The notes under the pieces were generated by a model. That model was not told the origin of the DNA, did not search any database, and saw nothing but the letters and a program-made list of their open reading frames with translations. Position numbers and translations under genes: made by a program. A stretch of 64,000 nt of DNA from an uncultured Actinomycetota bacterium. GTDB taxonomy: Bacteria; Actinomycetota; Actinomycetes; Prado026. Shown in pieces: positions 9,354 to 23,179 of this stretch (its first letter is position 1; every line of letters begins with the position of its first letter). The stretch covers positions 1,077,347 through 1,141,346 of the forward strand of contig CAVYVA010000001.1 of assembly GCA_963771835.1 (NCBI GenBank). Reading direction: 5' to 3'.

Positions 9354-10912
9354 TCAGCCGGGTGGGAGGAGGCCCTTGAGCTCCTCGGGAAGCTCGAAGG
9401 AGTCGAGGGCGGCCGCCTGGGCGGCGCCCGCAGCATCGGTGCGGCGGCTGGCGGCGGCGCGCTCCTGCTCGACCCGCTTGGCCGGGTTGCCGCTGCCGCG
9501 CTTGGACTTCTTCCCCTGCTTGGCCTGCTTGCCGGGCCGGCCGCGGCCGGGACCGCCGCCGGCCATCCCGCCCAGTCCCCCGGGCATCCCCGGGATCGAC
9601 GGCATGCCGCCCTTGCCCATCGACGCCATCATCTTCCGGGCCTCGTCGAAGCGGTCGACGAGCCCGTTCACGTCGCTGACCTCGGTGCCCGAGCCGCGGG
9701 CGATCCTGGCCCGGCGCGACCCGTTGAGGATCTTCGGGTCCCGCCGCTCGGTCGGGGTCATCGACTGGATGATCGCCGAGACGCGGTCGATCTCCCGCTC
9801 GTCGATGTTCTCGATCTGCTCCCGCATGTCCCCCATGCCCGGGAGCATCCCGAGCAGCTTGGTCAGCGAGCCCATCTTCCGTACGGCCTGCATCTGCGCC
9901 AGGAAGTCCTCGAGGGTGAACTCGCCGCCGCCGACCAGCTTCGCGGCCATCGCCTCGGACTGCTCGCGGTCGAACGTCTTCTCGGCCTGCTCGATCAGCG
10001 TGAGCATGTCGCCCATGCCGAGGATCCGGGACGCCATCCGCTCCGGATGGAAGACGTCGAAGTCCTCGAGCTTCTCGCCGTTGGACGCGAACATCACCGG
10101 CTTGCCGGTGACCGTGGCGATGGACAGCGCCGCCCCGCCGCGGGCGTCGCCGTCGAGCTTGGTGAGCACGACCCCGTCGAAGCCGACCTGCTCGCCGAAC
10201 GCCTGGGCGGTGACGACGGAGTCCTGGCCGATCATCGCGTCGACGACCAGCAGGACCTCGTCGGGGTCGACCGCGGCCCGGATGTCGGCGGCCTGCGTCA
10301 TGAGCTCCTCGTCGATCGCCAGCCGGCCGGCGGTGTCGACGATGACGACGTCGTACTGCTTGGTCTTCGCGTGCTCGACGGCGTCCCTGGACACCCGCAC
10401 CGGGTCGCCGACGCCGTTGCCGGGCTCCGGGGCGAAGACCGGGACGCCGGCGCGCTCGCCGACCACCTGGAGCTGGGTCACGGCGTTGGGACGCTGCAGG
10501 TCGGCGGCGACCAGCAGCGGGGCGTGGCCCTGCTCGTGGAACCAGCGGGCCAGCTTGCCGGCCAGCGTGGTCTTGCCGGCGCCCTGCAGGCCGAGCAGCA
10601 TCACGACGGTCGGCGGGGTCTTGGCCAGCCGGACCCGGCGGGTCTGCGCCGCCCAGGATCTGGACGAGCTCCTCGTCGACGATCTTGATGACCTGCTGGG
10701 CGGGGTTGAGCGCCTGGGAGACCTCGGCCCCCATCGCCCGCTCCTTGACCTGGGCGACGAACGTGCGCACGACCGGCAGCGCGACGTCGGCCTCGAGCAG
10801 CGCGACCCGGATGTCGCGCACAGGTGTCGTCGATGTCGGCCTCGGACAGGCGGCCCTTGCCGCGCAGGTTCTTGAACGTCGCGGCAAGGCGGTCCTGCAG
10901 GCTGGCGAACAC
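9354..10912 (-). pseudogene. ffh: signal recognition particle protein Ffh (SRP54); frame broken twice
   Basis: The three pieces read MFASLQDRLAATFKNLRGKGRLSEADIDDT, then VRDIRVALLEADVALPVVRTFVAQVKERAMGAEVSQALNPAQQVIKIVDEELVQILGG, then TRRVRLAKTPPTVVMLLGLQGAGKTT...DTAGRL... followed by the M-domain with Met/Gly-rich tail. Frame switches are at ~10822 and ~10650. Confidence 0.92.
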
Positions 10913-11009
10913 TGGCGCTCCGGGGACGGACTGGGTCTGGGAGGACCCGCCCAGGCTACCCGGGGCCTTGGCGCAACCGGTCGAGCAGCATCGGGAACGA
11001 AGCAGCCGA

Positions 11010-13322
11010 TCAGGCCAGCGCAGCCCGCAGCTCGAGGGCGACCGCCCTGGCCCGGTCCTCGGTCAGCGGCGCGCCGTCCGGACCGACGACGTAGAAGACG
11101 TCGACCGCCTCCGACCCCAGGGTCGAGACGAGCGCCGACCGCACGTCCACCGAGCACGCAGCCAGCGAGGCGCCGATGCGGTGCAGCAGACCGGGCCGGT
11201 CGTGCGCACGGACCTCGAGCACGGTCGCGGTCCGGCTGGCTCCGCCCACGACGTCCACCCGGGGCGGCGGCACCGGCACCCCTGGGCGGCGCGAGGACGA
11301 CTGCTCGCGGTCGGCCAGCCGGGCCGAGACGTCCAGGGTGCCCTGGACGGCCCGGTGCACGTCCTCGCGCAGGCGTTCGACGGTCGCGGGCTCGCCGAAC
11401 TCGGGCAGCACGTGCCACACCTGGACAGCCATCCCGCCGTCGGTCTGGGTGGAGGCCGAGCGGACGGCCAGCCGGTTCAGGCTGAGCACGCCGGCGACCT
11501 GCCCGAGCAGGCCGACCGCGTCCGGGGCGACCACGGTGACCTGCACGCCCTCGGTGCCGGCGGCGGTCGACCCGTACGGCCAGCGTGCCGGCCGCGACGA
11601 GGTCGGCGTGCTCCGCGGCGAGGTCGGCGGGCTGCGGGACCTCGTGCCCGCCGAGCAGCGCCCTGGTGCGCTCGACGAGGTCGACGATCAGCGCCGCCTT
11701 CCACTCGGTCCACGCGGCCGGGCCGGTGGCGAGCCCGTCGGCCTCGGTCAGCGCGTGCAGCAGGTCGAGCACCTCGAGCGTGCGGACGGACGCGGCGACG
11801 TGCGCGACCGTCGCCGGGTCGTCGAGGTCGCGCCGGGTCGCGGTGTCCGGCAGCAGCAGGTGGTGCCGCACCAGGGTCACCAGGACCTCGACGTCCTCCG
11901 GGCCGAAGCCCAGGCGCGGGGCCAGGTCCGCCACCACCGCGACGCCGGCCTCGCAGTGGTCCCCCGGCCAGCCCTTGCCGATGTCGTGCAGCAGCGCGCC
12001 GACCAGCAGCAGGTCGGGACGGTCGACCTGGCGGGCGTACGCAGCCGCTCCGACCGCGGCCTCGACGAGGTGCCGGTCGACGGTGAACCGGTGCACGGCG
12101 TTGCGCTGCGGCCGGTTCCGGACCCGTTCCCAGTCGGGCAGCAGCGTGGCCGTGATCCCGGCCTGGTCCAGCGCCTCCCACACACCGATCGCCGGGCGGC
12201 CGGCGCCGAGCAGGCTGACCAGCCCGTCCAGAGCGGCCCGCGGCCACGGTTCGGGCAGCGGTGCGCTCTGCGCCGCAAGCCGCTGGACGGTGTGCGGCGC
12301 GAGCCGCAGCCCGGCCTGCGCGGCGGCCGCCGCGGTCCGGAGCACCAGCGACGGGTCCGCGGCCGGGTCGGCGTCGCGGGCGAGGACCACCTCGCCGTCC
12401 TGCTCGACCACGCCGTCCGCCAGCGGTGCGCGCGTGCCGAGCCGGCGGACGCCGAGCCGGGCCAGTGCGCCCGCGCGAGGCGAGCGTCCGCTCGACCCGG
12501 AACGCCGCCTCGTCGAGAGCGAAGGCCACCGACCGCCCGACACCCGCGACCTGGCGCAGCAGGGCGTCGGCGTCGAGCAGGCCGAGCCGCTTCGCGATGG
12601 CCGCCTGGTCCTGCAGCACCAGCCGGTCGGACGGCCGGCCGGTCACGTCGTGCGCGCGTCGCGCGCGTCGAGCAGGCGTCTGCCGCGCCTCGTCCAGCCC
12701 CTCGTGCCGGACGTCGGCGACCCAGGAGGCCGCGACCGCGCGCAGGCTGACCAGGTCGCGCAGGCCGCCGCGGGACTCCTTGAGGTCGGGCTCGAGCGAG
12801 AAGGCCAGGTCGCCGGTACGAGCGGCGCGCTCGGCGCACCCGGCGAACAGGTCGGGCAGCCGGCGCCTGGCGAACCCGCGCCAGTCGGCGAGCACCGCCT
12901 CGCGCAGCGCCGCGCTCACCGCCTCGTCGCCGGCGACGTGCCGCAGGTCGAGCAGGCCGAGCAGGGCGCGCAGGTCGTCGCTGGCGACCCGCCGGGCCTC
13001 CGCGGGCGTGCGCATCGCGTGGTCCAGCCGCAGGCCGGCGTCCCAGATCGGGTACCAGACCGCCGAGGCCACCGCAGCCGCCTGCGCGTTGGTCGCGGTG
13101 CCGGGGACGACCAGCAGCAGGTCCAGGTCGCTGCCGGGCGAGAGCTCCGCGCGGCCGTAGCCGCCGACCGCGACGAGGGCGGCCCCGATACCGGGACCGC
13201 CCGCGTCGCTCGAACAGGCCGCCGACCCATCGGTCGGTGAGCCCGGTGAGCGCCCGCCGCCGGCCCGGCCCGAACAGCTCGGGCCGGGCCAGCAGCTGGG
13301 CCCGGTCTTCGACGTAGCCCAT
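11010..13322 (-). pseudogene. glnD: [protein-PII] uridylyltransferase/adenylyltransferase GlnD; frame broken at least three times
   Basis: The N-terminus is MGYVEDRAQLLARPELFGPGRRRALTGLTDRWVGGLFE. The nucleotidyltransferase piece follows (...VASAVWYPIWDAGLRLDHAMRT...SLEPDLKESRGGLRDL). Next is the HD domain (FTVDRHLVEAA...LLHDIGKG), then two C-terminal ACT domains (ORF 11010..11546). Frame switches are at ~13205, ~12470 and ~11565. Confidence 0.9.
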
Positions 13323-13339
13323 CGGTCAGTGCGCCGGCA

Positions 13340-15027
<1,688 letters not shown>

Positions 15028-15092
15028 ACCCTCTCCCCTCGATGGCCGCCGGACCGGCCGTTCGATGTCGAGGTGGAGCCTGGTGGCCGCGG

Positions 15093-15130
15093 GTTTCGGG
15101 GTGGACGCCGGCGTGTTTCCGCGACGTGAC
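15093..15130 (-). promoter_or_regulatory. candidate GlnR operator upstream of amtB-glnK-glnD
   Basis: The minus strand reads GTCAC-n6-GAAAC-n6-GCGTC-n6-GAAAC, 66-103 nt upstream of the amtB ATG. This fits the actinomycete GlnR box pattern gTnAc-n6-GaAAc repeated twice. Confidence 0.55.
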
Positions 15131-15146
15131 CGATGCCCCGATCGTG

Positions 15147-15948
15147 TTAACGCCGTGTGACGGCAGCGCGTCGCGAGGCCGCGCGCGGGCCGAGCCGGCG
15201 GGACAGGGCCCGCGCCGTGGCGACGACGTCGGCCGCCAGCACCGCGCGATCCGCCGGGCCCCGGACGGTCCGCCGCCGGGAAGCTGACGCCGACCGCGGC
15301 CACCGGCCGGCCGGTGGGGTCTGCGACCGCGGCGGCGACCGAGGCGATGCCCGCCGTGACGTGGCCGTCCTCGGTCGACCAGCCCAGCGCCGACTCCTGC
15401 GCCAGCAGAGCGCGCAGCTCGCCCGGGGTGGCCGGGCCCGACCCGGTGCGGTCGACGAACGCCGCCTGGCTCGGGTACAGCGCCCGTACCTGCGCGCGCG
15501 GCAGGGCGGCCAGGATGGAGCGGCCGGAGGCGGTCAGGTGCGCCGGCAGCCGCACACCGACGTCGGTCACCAGCACGACCGAGCCGCGCGGCGCCTCTTT
15601 CAGCAGGTACAGGGTCTCGGCGCCGTGCAGCACGCCCAGGTGCGCCGTGCCGCCGACCCGCTCCACCAGCCGGACCAGCAGCGGCCGGGCCAGCCGTTCC
15701 AGCGGGTCGTGCCGCAGGTAGGCAGAGCCGAGCTCGAAGACCGCCACGCCCAGCCCGTACGCCTGCGCCTCGGGCAGGTGCACCACGAAACCCTCCCGCT
15801 CGAGCACCGCGAGCAGGTGGTAGGTGGTGGACCGCGGCAAGCCCAGCTCGCGGGCCAGCGCCGCCGCCGGCACGGGGGTCGCCCGCGACCCGAGCAGCCG
15901 CAGCAGCGCCAGCGACCGGCTCAGCGCCGGCACGCTCGACCCCGCCAT
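15147..15948 (-). pseudogene. IclR family transcriptional regulator, HutR-like, divergent from hutH; one frameshift near the 3' end
   Basis: ATG at 15948. HTH is LARELGLPRSTTYHLLAVLEREGFV and the effector domain runs to ...AAVGVSFPAADRPGP. The credible C-terminus ADRAVLAADVVATARALSRRLGPRAASRRAAVTRR, with stop 15149..15147, is in another frame (switch ~15262). That break makes the artefactual 898-aa ORF 13675..16371. Confidence 0.8.
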
Positions 15949-15965
15949 CGCCGCCCCTCTCGCGT

Positions 15966-15983
15966 TGTCTGGGATACCAGACA
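15966..15983. promoter_or_regulatory. 18-bp perfect palindrome TGTCTGGGATACCAGACA in the regulator/hutH divergent intergenic region; candidate HutR operator
   Basis: 7-bp arms TGTCTGG/CCAGACA with a 4-nt spacer. The site is located 54-71 nt upstream of the hutH ATG and 18-35 nt from the regulator ATG. Confidence 0.5.
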
Positions 15984-16036
15984 CATTGTGACCCCTGCAC
16001 GCAGACGCACCGACGCCGGACCGATCCAATGGGGGC

Positions 16037-17587
16037 ATGAACGCCAGCCCCGCCTCGACGGTGTCCGTCTCCGCCGCTCCCCTGGACCCGCGCGAGGTGG
16101 TCGCGGTGGCCCGGGACGGGGCCCGGATCGAGCTCGCGCCGGAGGCGCTCGCCGCGCTCGCCAAGGCCCGCGAGGTGATCGACGAGCTGGCCGCCAGCGG
16201 GGAGCCGGTGTACGGCGTCTCGACCGGGTTCGGCGCCCTCGCGACCCGGTACATCGACCCGGCGATGCGGGCCCAGCTGCAGCGCTCGCTGGTTCGCTCG
16301 CACGCCGCCGGCTCCGGACCCGAGGTCGAGCGCGAGGTGGTCCGGGCGCTCATGCTGCTGCGCCTGCGCACGCTGGCCTCCGGTCACACCGGCGCCGACC
16401 CGGCGACGGCCCAGGCGTACGCGGACCTGCTCAACGCGGGCATCACGCCGGTCGTGCACGAGTACGGCTCGCTCGGCTGCTCGGGCGACCTGGCGCCGCT
16501 GGCGCACTGCGCGCTGGCCGTGATGGGCGAGGGCGACGTGCGGGACGCCGCCGGGGTCCGGCAGCCCGCCGCACAGGCGCTGGCCGCGGCCGGGATCGCG
16601 CCGCGCGAGCTCGCCGCCAAGGAGGGCCTGGCGCTCATCAACGGCACCGACGGCATGCTCGGGATGCTGGTGCTGGCCCTGCACGACCTGCAGCGGCTGG
16701 TGCGTACGGCGGACGTCTCGGCGGCGATGAGCGTCGAGGCATTGCTGGGCACCGACGCGGTCTTCGCCCCGGACCTGCAGGCCCTGCGCCCGCAGGTCGG
16801 TCAGGCCGTCGCCGCCGCCAACATGACCCGCCTGCTGGCCGGTTCGGCCATCGTCGAGTCGCACCGCGAGGACTGCCTGATCGTGCAGGACGCGTACTCG
16901 TTGCGCTGCGCCCCGCAGGTGGCCGGGGCGGTGCGCGACACGATCGCGCACGCGCAGACCGTCGCGGCCCGCGAGCTGGCGTCCGCGGTCGACAACCCGG
17001 TGGTGCTGGACGACGGCCGGGTGCGCTCCAACGGCAACTTCCACGGTGCCCCGGTCGGCTACGTGCTCGACTTCCTCGCGATCGTCGCGGCCGACCTCGC
17101 GTCGATCAGCGAGCGCCGCACCGACCGGCAGCTCGACGTCGCACGCTCGCACGGGCTGCCGCCGTTCCTGGCCGGCGACCCCGGTGTCGACTCCGGGCAC
17201 ATGATCGCCCAGTACACGCAGGCGGCCCTGGTCAGCGAGATGAAGCGGCTGGCGGTGCCCGCGAGCGTCGACTCGATCCCCTCGTCGGCGATGCAGGAGG
17301 ACCACGTCTCGATGGGCTGGTCGGCGGCGCGCAAGCTGCGCCGGTCCGTCGACGCGCTGACCAGGGTGCTCGCGATCGAGATCCTCACCGCGGCCCGCGC
17401 GCTGGACCTGCGCGCGCCGCTGACGCCGGCGCCCGGGACCGCAGCCGTCGTCGCCGCGCTGCGCACCACGGTGGCCGGCCCCGGTCCGGACCGGCACCTG
17501 TCCCCCGAGATCGAAGCGGCCGTGGCGATGGTCGCCGACGGCTCGTTGCTGGCTGCCGCGGAGTCGGCCGTCGGCGCGCTGGCCTGA
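16037..17587 (+). CDS. hutH: histidine ammonia-lyase
   Basis: Intact 516-aa ORF with VYGVSTGFG and GSLGCSGDLAPLAH (the MIO region, here Cys-Ser-Gly), and NGNFHGAP. Confidence 0.93.
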   Translation: MNASPASTVSVSAAPLDPREVVAVARDGARIELAPEALAALAKAREVIDELAASGEPVYGVSTGFGALATRYIDPAMRAQLQRSLVRSHAAGSGPEVEREVVRALMLLRLRTLASGHTGADPATAQAYADLLNAGITPVVHEYGSLGCSGDLAPLAHCALAVMGEGDVRDAAGVRQPAAQALAAAGIAPRELAAKEGLALINGTDGMLGMLVLALHDLQRLVRTADVSAAMSVEALLGTDAVFAPDLQALRPQVGQAVAAANMTRLLAGSAIVESHREDCLIVQDAYSLRCAPQVAGAVRDTIAHAQTVAARELASAVDNPVVLDDGRVRSNGNFHGAPVGYVLDFLAIVAADLASISERRTDRQLDVARSHGLPPFLAGDPGVDSGHMIAQYTQAALVSEMKRLAVPASVDSIPSSAMQEDHVSMGWSAARKLRRSVDALTRVLAIEILTAARALDLRAPLTPAPGTAAVVAALRTTVAGPGPDRHLSPEIEAAVAMVADGSLLAAAESAVGALA

Positions 17588-17623
17588 ACCGGCACCGAAC
17601 ACCGCGAAACAGCGAGGGAAGCG

Positions 17624-19291
<1,668 letters not shown>

Positions 19292-19295
19292 CTGC

Positions 19296-20549
19296 GTGGC
19301 CGACCAGGGCGAGGGCCCGACGTCGTTCAGCGCACTCTGGGACGCGCTGCTGCCGATCGGCCGGGACGCGCGCACCGGCGGCTACCGGCGGTTCGCGTGG
19401 ACGGCGCAGGACCTGGCCTGTCGGGAGTGGTTCACCGACGCCGCCGCTGCGCGCGGGATGGCAGTGCACAGCGACCGGAACGGCAACCTCTGGGCGTGGT
19501 GGGGCCCGCCGGGTCGCGATGCGGTCGTGCTCGGCTCGCACCTGGACTCGGTGCCCGACGGCGGGGCCTACGACGGCCCGCTCGGGGTGGTGTCCGCGTT
19601 CGCCGCGCTGGACGTGGTGCGCGCCGCGGCGCCGGCGGGCGACCCGCGCCGCCCGGTCGCGGTGGTGGCGTTCGCCGACGAGGAGGGGGCACGGTTCGGC
19701 GTGGCCTGCGCCGGCTCCCGGCTGCTGACCGGCGCGCTGGACCCGGACCGGGCCAGGGCGCTCACCGACGAAGACGGGGTGTCGATGGCGGAGGCGATGC
19801 GCGCCGCCGGGCACGACCCGGGCCGGCTCGGGCGCGACGACGAGTCGCTGAGCCGGATCGGCCGGTTCGTTGAGCTGCACGTCGAGCAGGGTCGCGCCCT
19901 CGTCGACGTGGACGCCCCGGTCGGTGTGGCGACCGCGATCTGGCCGCACGGGCGGTACCGGTTCACGTTCACCGGGGAGGCCAACCACGCCGGGACCACG
20001 CGGCTGGAGGACCGTCGAGACCCGATGCTCACGTTCGCCGAGACCGTGCTCGCCGCACGAAAGAAGGCCCGCCAGGCGGACGCGCGGGTCACGTTCGGCC
20101 GAGTCGAGGTCGAGCCGAACGGGACCAACGCCATCGCGTCGACGGTGCGCGCCTGGCTGGACGCGCGGGCGGCGGACGAGACGTCGCTGGCGACCCTGGT
20201 CGCCGAAATCGCGCACGGCTCGACCCAGCGGGCCGGACGGGACGGGACGAAGGTCGAGCTGACCACCGAGTCGGTGTCGCCGGAGGTGCGCTTCGACGGG
20301 ACGCTGTCGCGGCGGCTGGTCGACGCGGTCGGCGCGTCCCGGCTCGACGTGCCGACGCTGCCGACCCAGGCCGGGCACGATGCAGGCGTGCTCGCCGCCC
20401 ACGTCCCGGCCGCGATGCTGTTCGTCCGGAACCCGACCGGGGTGTCGCACTCCCCAGCGGAGCACGCCGACCTCGCCGACTGCCTGGCCGGGGTCGCCGC
20501 GCTGGCTTCGGTGGTCGAGGGACTGCTGACCCGGGACGACGACCGGTGA
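19296..20549 (+). CDS. M20 family Zn-dependent amidohydrolase (allantoate amidohydrolase / N-carbamoyl-L-amino-acid hydrolase family) embedded in the hut operon
   Basis: Intact 417-aa ORF with [29 protein letters not shown] and [12 protein letters not shown] at 19296 lies 4 nt after the hutU stop. Its stop overlaps the hutF start (GTGA). Confidence 0.8.
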   Translation: MADQGEGPTSFSALWDALLPIGRDARTGGYRRFAWTAQDLACREWFTDAAAARGMAVHSDRNGNLWAWWGPPGRDAVVLGSHLDSVPDGGAYDGPLGVVSAFAALDVVRAAAPAGDPRRPVAVVAFADEEGARFGVACAGSRLLTGALDPDRARALTDEDGVSMAEAMRAAGHDPGRLGRDDESLSRIGRFVELHVEQGRALVDVDAPVGVATAIWPHGRYRFTFTGEANHAGTTRLEDRRDPMLTFAETVLAARKKARQADARVTFGRVEVEPNGTNAIASTVRAWLDARAADETSLATLVAEIAHGSTQRAGRDGTKVELTTESVSPEVRFDGTLSRRLVDAVGASRLDVPTLPTQAGHDAGVLAAHVPAAMLFVRNPTGVSHSPAEHADLADCLAGVAALASVVEGLLTRDDDR

Positions 20550-21904
20550 CCGCGTACCTGTGCGAGCACGCGTGGTTGGGCGGCCCGACCTCGCACCACC
20601 AGGTGCTGGTCGAGGTCGACGGCGGGCGCATCTCGGGGGTGACCCCGGACTTCGGCGGCGCCCCGCCCGACGGCACGGCGCAGCTGCCCGGGCTCACGCT
20701 GCCGGGCCTGGCCAACGTGCACTCGCACGCCTTCCACCGGGCGCTGCGCGGCCGCACGCACACCGTCGACACGCTGGGCACCGGCTCGTTCTGGACCTGG
20801 CGCGAGCAGATGTACTCCGTCGCGGAGCGGCTCGACCCGCAGCGGTACCTGGCGCTGGCGACGGCGGTGTACGCCGAGATGGCGCTGGCCGGGATCACGG
20901 TGGTCGGCGAGTTCCACTACCTGCACCACGGTCCCGACGGGCAGCCCTACGACGACCCGAACGAGATGGCGCACGCGCTGGTGGCCGCGGCCCGGACCGC
21001 AGGAGTCCGGCTGACGCTGCTCGACACCTGCTACCTCGCCGGCGGGATCGGCCGCCCGCTCGCCGGAGTGCAGCTGCGCTTCGGCGACGGCTCCGCGCAG
21101 GCCTGGGCCGAGCGCGCGGCCGCGCTGCACGCGGCCTACCCGGCGGCCGCCGACGTGCGGGTCGGGGCGGCCGTGCACTCGGTGCGCGCGGTCCCCGCCG
21201 AGGAGATCCCGGTCGTGGCGCGGTGGGCCGAGCTGCACGGCGCGGCGCCGCTGCACGTCCACCTGTCCGAGCAGCCGGCCGAGAACGAGGCTTGCGTCGC
21301 CGCGCACGGACGGACGCCGACCCGGCTGCTCGCCGACTCCGGCGCGCTCGGGCCGACGAGCACGGCCGTGCACGCGACGCACCTGACCGCGCAGGACATC
21401 GAGCAGCTCGGCGGCAGCCGGACCGGGGCCTGCCTGTGCCCGACCACCGAACGCGACCTCGCCGACGGCGTGGGCCCGGCCCGCGCGCTGCTGGACGCCG
21501 GGTCGCCGCTGTCGCTGGGCTCGGACAGCCACGCCGTCATCGACCTGTTCGAGGAGGCTCGCGCCGTCGAGCTGGACGAGCGGCTGGTGTCGATGCGGCG
21601 CGGCCACTTCGACGCCGCCACGCTGCTGCGGGCCGCGAGCTCGGGCGGCTGGCAGGCCCTGGGCCGCCCGGACGGCGGCCGGATCGCGCCGGGCGCCTGC
21701 GCCGACCTGGTCGCGGTTCGGCTCGACTCGGTCCGCACTGCCGGAGCCGGGCACGGACCGGAGGCCGCGGTGTTCGCCGCCGGCGCCGCCGACGTCTCCC
21801 ACGTCGTGGTCGGCGGGGACCTCGTGGTCGAGGACGGCGTGCACGTCCGGGTCCCGGACGTCGGGCGGGCGCTGGCCGACTCCATCGCCGCGGTCCTGCC
21901 GTGA
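20546..21904 (+). CDS. hutF: formimidoylglutamate deiminase
   Basis: Intact 452-aa amidohydrolase-superfamily ORF ([17 protein letters not shown]..., [18 protein letters not shown]). Coupled to the M20 gene and to hutI. Confidence 0.85.
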   Translation: MTAYLCEHAWLGGPTSHHQVLVEVDGGRISGVTPDFGGAPPDGTAQLPGLTLPGLANVHSHAFHRALRGRTHTVDTLGTGSFWTWREQMYSVAERLDPQRYLALATAVYAEMALAGITVVGEFHYLHHGPDGQPYDDPNEMAHALVAAARTAGVRLTLLDTCYLAGGIGRPLAGVQLRFGDGSAQAWAERAAALHAAYPAAADVRVGAAVHSVRAVPAEEIPVVARWAELHGAAPLHVHLSEQPAENEACVAAHGRTPTRLLADSGALGPTSTAVHATHLTAQDIEQLGGSRTGACLCPTTERDLADGVGPARALLDAGSPLSLGSDSHAVIDLFEEARAVELDERLVSMRRGHFDAATLLRAASSGGWQALGRPDGGRIAPGACADLVAVRLDSVRTAGAGHGPEAAVFAAGAADVSHVVVGGDLVVEDGVHVRVPDVGRALADSIAAVLP

Positions 21905-23058
21905 GCACGCTCGTCACGGGCATCGGCCAGCTCGTCACCAACGACGCGCGACTGGGCGACGGCAGCCGGCTCGGGGTGCTCACGGACGCCGCGGTCGTCG
22001 TGGACGCAGGGGTGGTGGTCTGGGTGGGTCCGGCCACGGTCGCCCCGGACGCGGACGAGCGCGTCGACGTCGAGGGCCGGGCGGTCGTCCCGGGATTCGT
22101 GGACAGCCACGCCCACCTGGTGTTCGCCGGCGACCGCGCCGACGAGTTCGCGGCACGGATGGCCGGGCAGCCGTACGGCGCCGGGGGCATCCGCAGCACC
22201 GTCGCGGCGACGAGGGGCGCCGACGACGCCACCCTGGAGCGCAACACGCGCCGCCTCGCCGACGAGATGCGCCGCGGCGGCACGACGACGTTCGAGTGCA
22301 AGAGCGGCTACGGGCTCACCGTCGACGACGAGGCCCGCTCGCTGTCGGTCGCGCGCCGGCTCACCCCGGAGACCACCTTCCTCGGCGCGCACGTCGTGCC
22401 GCCCGAGTACGAGGGGCGGCGGGACGCGTACGTCGAGCTCGTCGCCGGCCCGATGCTGGACGCGTGCGCGCCGCACGCGCGCTGGGTCGACGTGTTCTGC
22501 GACCGTGGCGCGTTCGACGCGGACGAGACGCGTGCGGTCGTCGCGGCCGGCGTCGCGCGCGGGCTGCTGCCCCGGCTGCACGGCAACCAGCTCCAGCACG
22601 GACCCGGGGTGCAGGTCGCCGTCGAGGTCGGTGCCGCGAGCGTCGACCACTGCACGTACGTCGACGACGGCGACGTCGACGCGCTGGCCGCGTCCGGCAC
22701 GGTCGCGACGCTGCTCCCGGCCGCCGAGTTCTCGACCCGCTCGCCGTACCCGGACGCGCGCCGGCTCATCGACGCCGGCGTCGCCGTCGCGATCGCGACC
22801 GACTGCAACCCCGGCTCCTCGTACACCACCAGCATGGCGCTGTGCCTGGCGCTCGCGGTCCGCGAGATGCGCATGACGCCGGCCGAGGCGCTGTGGGCGG
22901 CGACGGCCGGCGGCGCCCGGGCCTTGCGTCGCGCCGACGTCGGCACGTTGACGACGGGCGCCCGAGCCGACCTCGTCGTCCTGGACGCGCCGTCCTACAT
23001 CCATCTCGCCTACCGCCCAGGCGTGCCTCTGGTGTGGGCGGTCCTGCCGGCGCTCTGA
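21901..23058 (+). CDS. hutI: imidazolonepropionase
   Basis: GTG at 21901 overlaps the hutF stop. Motifs [25 protein letters not shown] and ATDCNPGSS. 385 aa. Confidence 0.92.
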   Translation: MSTLVTGIGQLVTNDARLGDGSRLGVLTDAAVVVDAGVVVWVGPATVAPDADERVDVEGRAVVPGFVDSHAHLVFAGDRADEFAARMAGQPYGAGGIRSTVAATRGADDATLERNTRRLADEMRRGGTTTFECKSGYGLTVDDEARSLSVARRLTPETTFLGAHVVPPEYEGRRDAYVELVAGPMLDACAPHARWVDVFCDRGAFDADETRAVVAAGVARGLLPRLHGNQLQHGPGVQVAVEVGAASVDHCTYVDDGDVDALAASGTVATLLPAAEFSTRSPYPDARRLIDAGVAVAIATDCNPGSSYTTSMALCLALAVREMRMTPAEALWAATAGGARALRRADVGTLTTGARADLVVLDAPSYIHLAYRPGVPLVWAVLPAL

Positions 23059-23179
23059 CCGCCGTGGCTCACCAATCGGCCGAAACGGTGTCCACATGTC
23101 GGCGTTGTGGGGGTGCCGGACCCGGCTGGCGGTCTAACGTCCTGCCGCGGATTCCGGACGCGACGGGGGCAGGCACGGA

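Noticed and set aside
12650-12690. A possible compensated double frameshift in glnD: TPARRARRAH versus a more GlnD-like TLLDARDALH in the alternative frame.
   Set aside because: It requires one insertion and one non-homopolymer deletion within 30 nt, and the in-frame reading is not impossible. I could not decide without an ortholog alignment.
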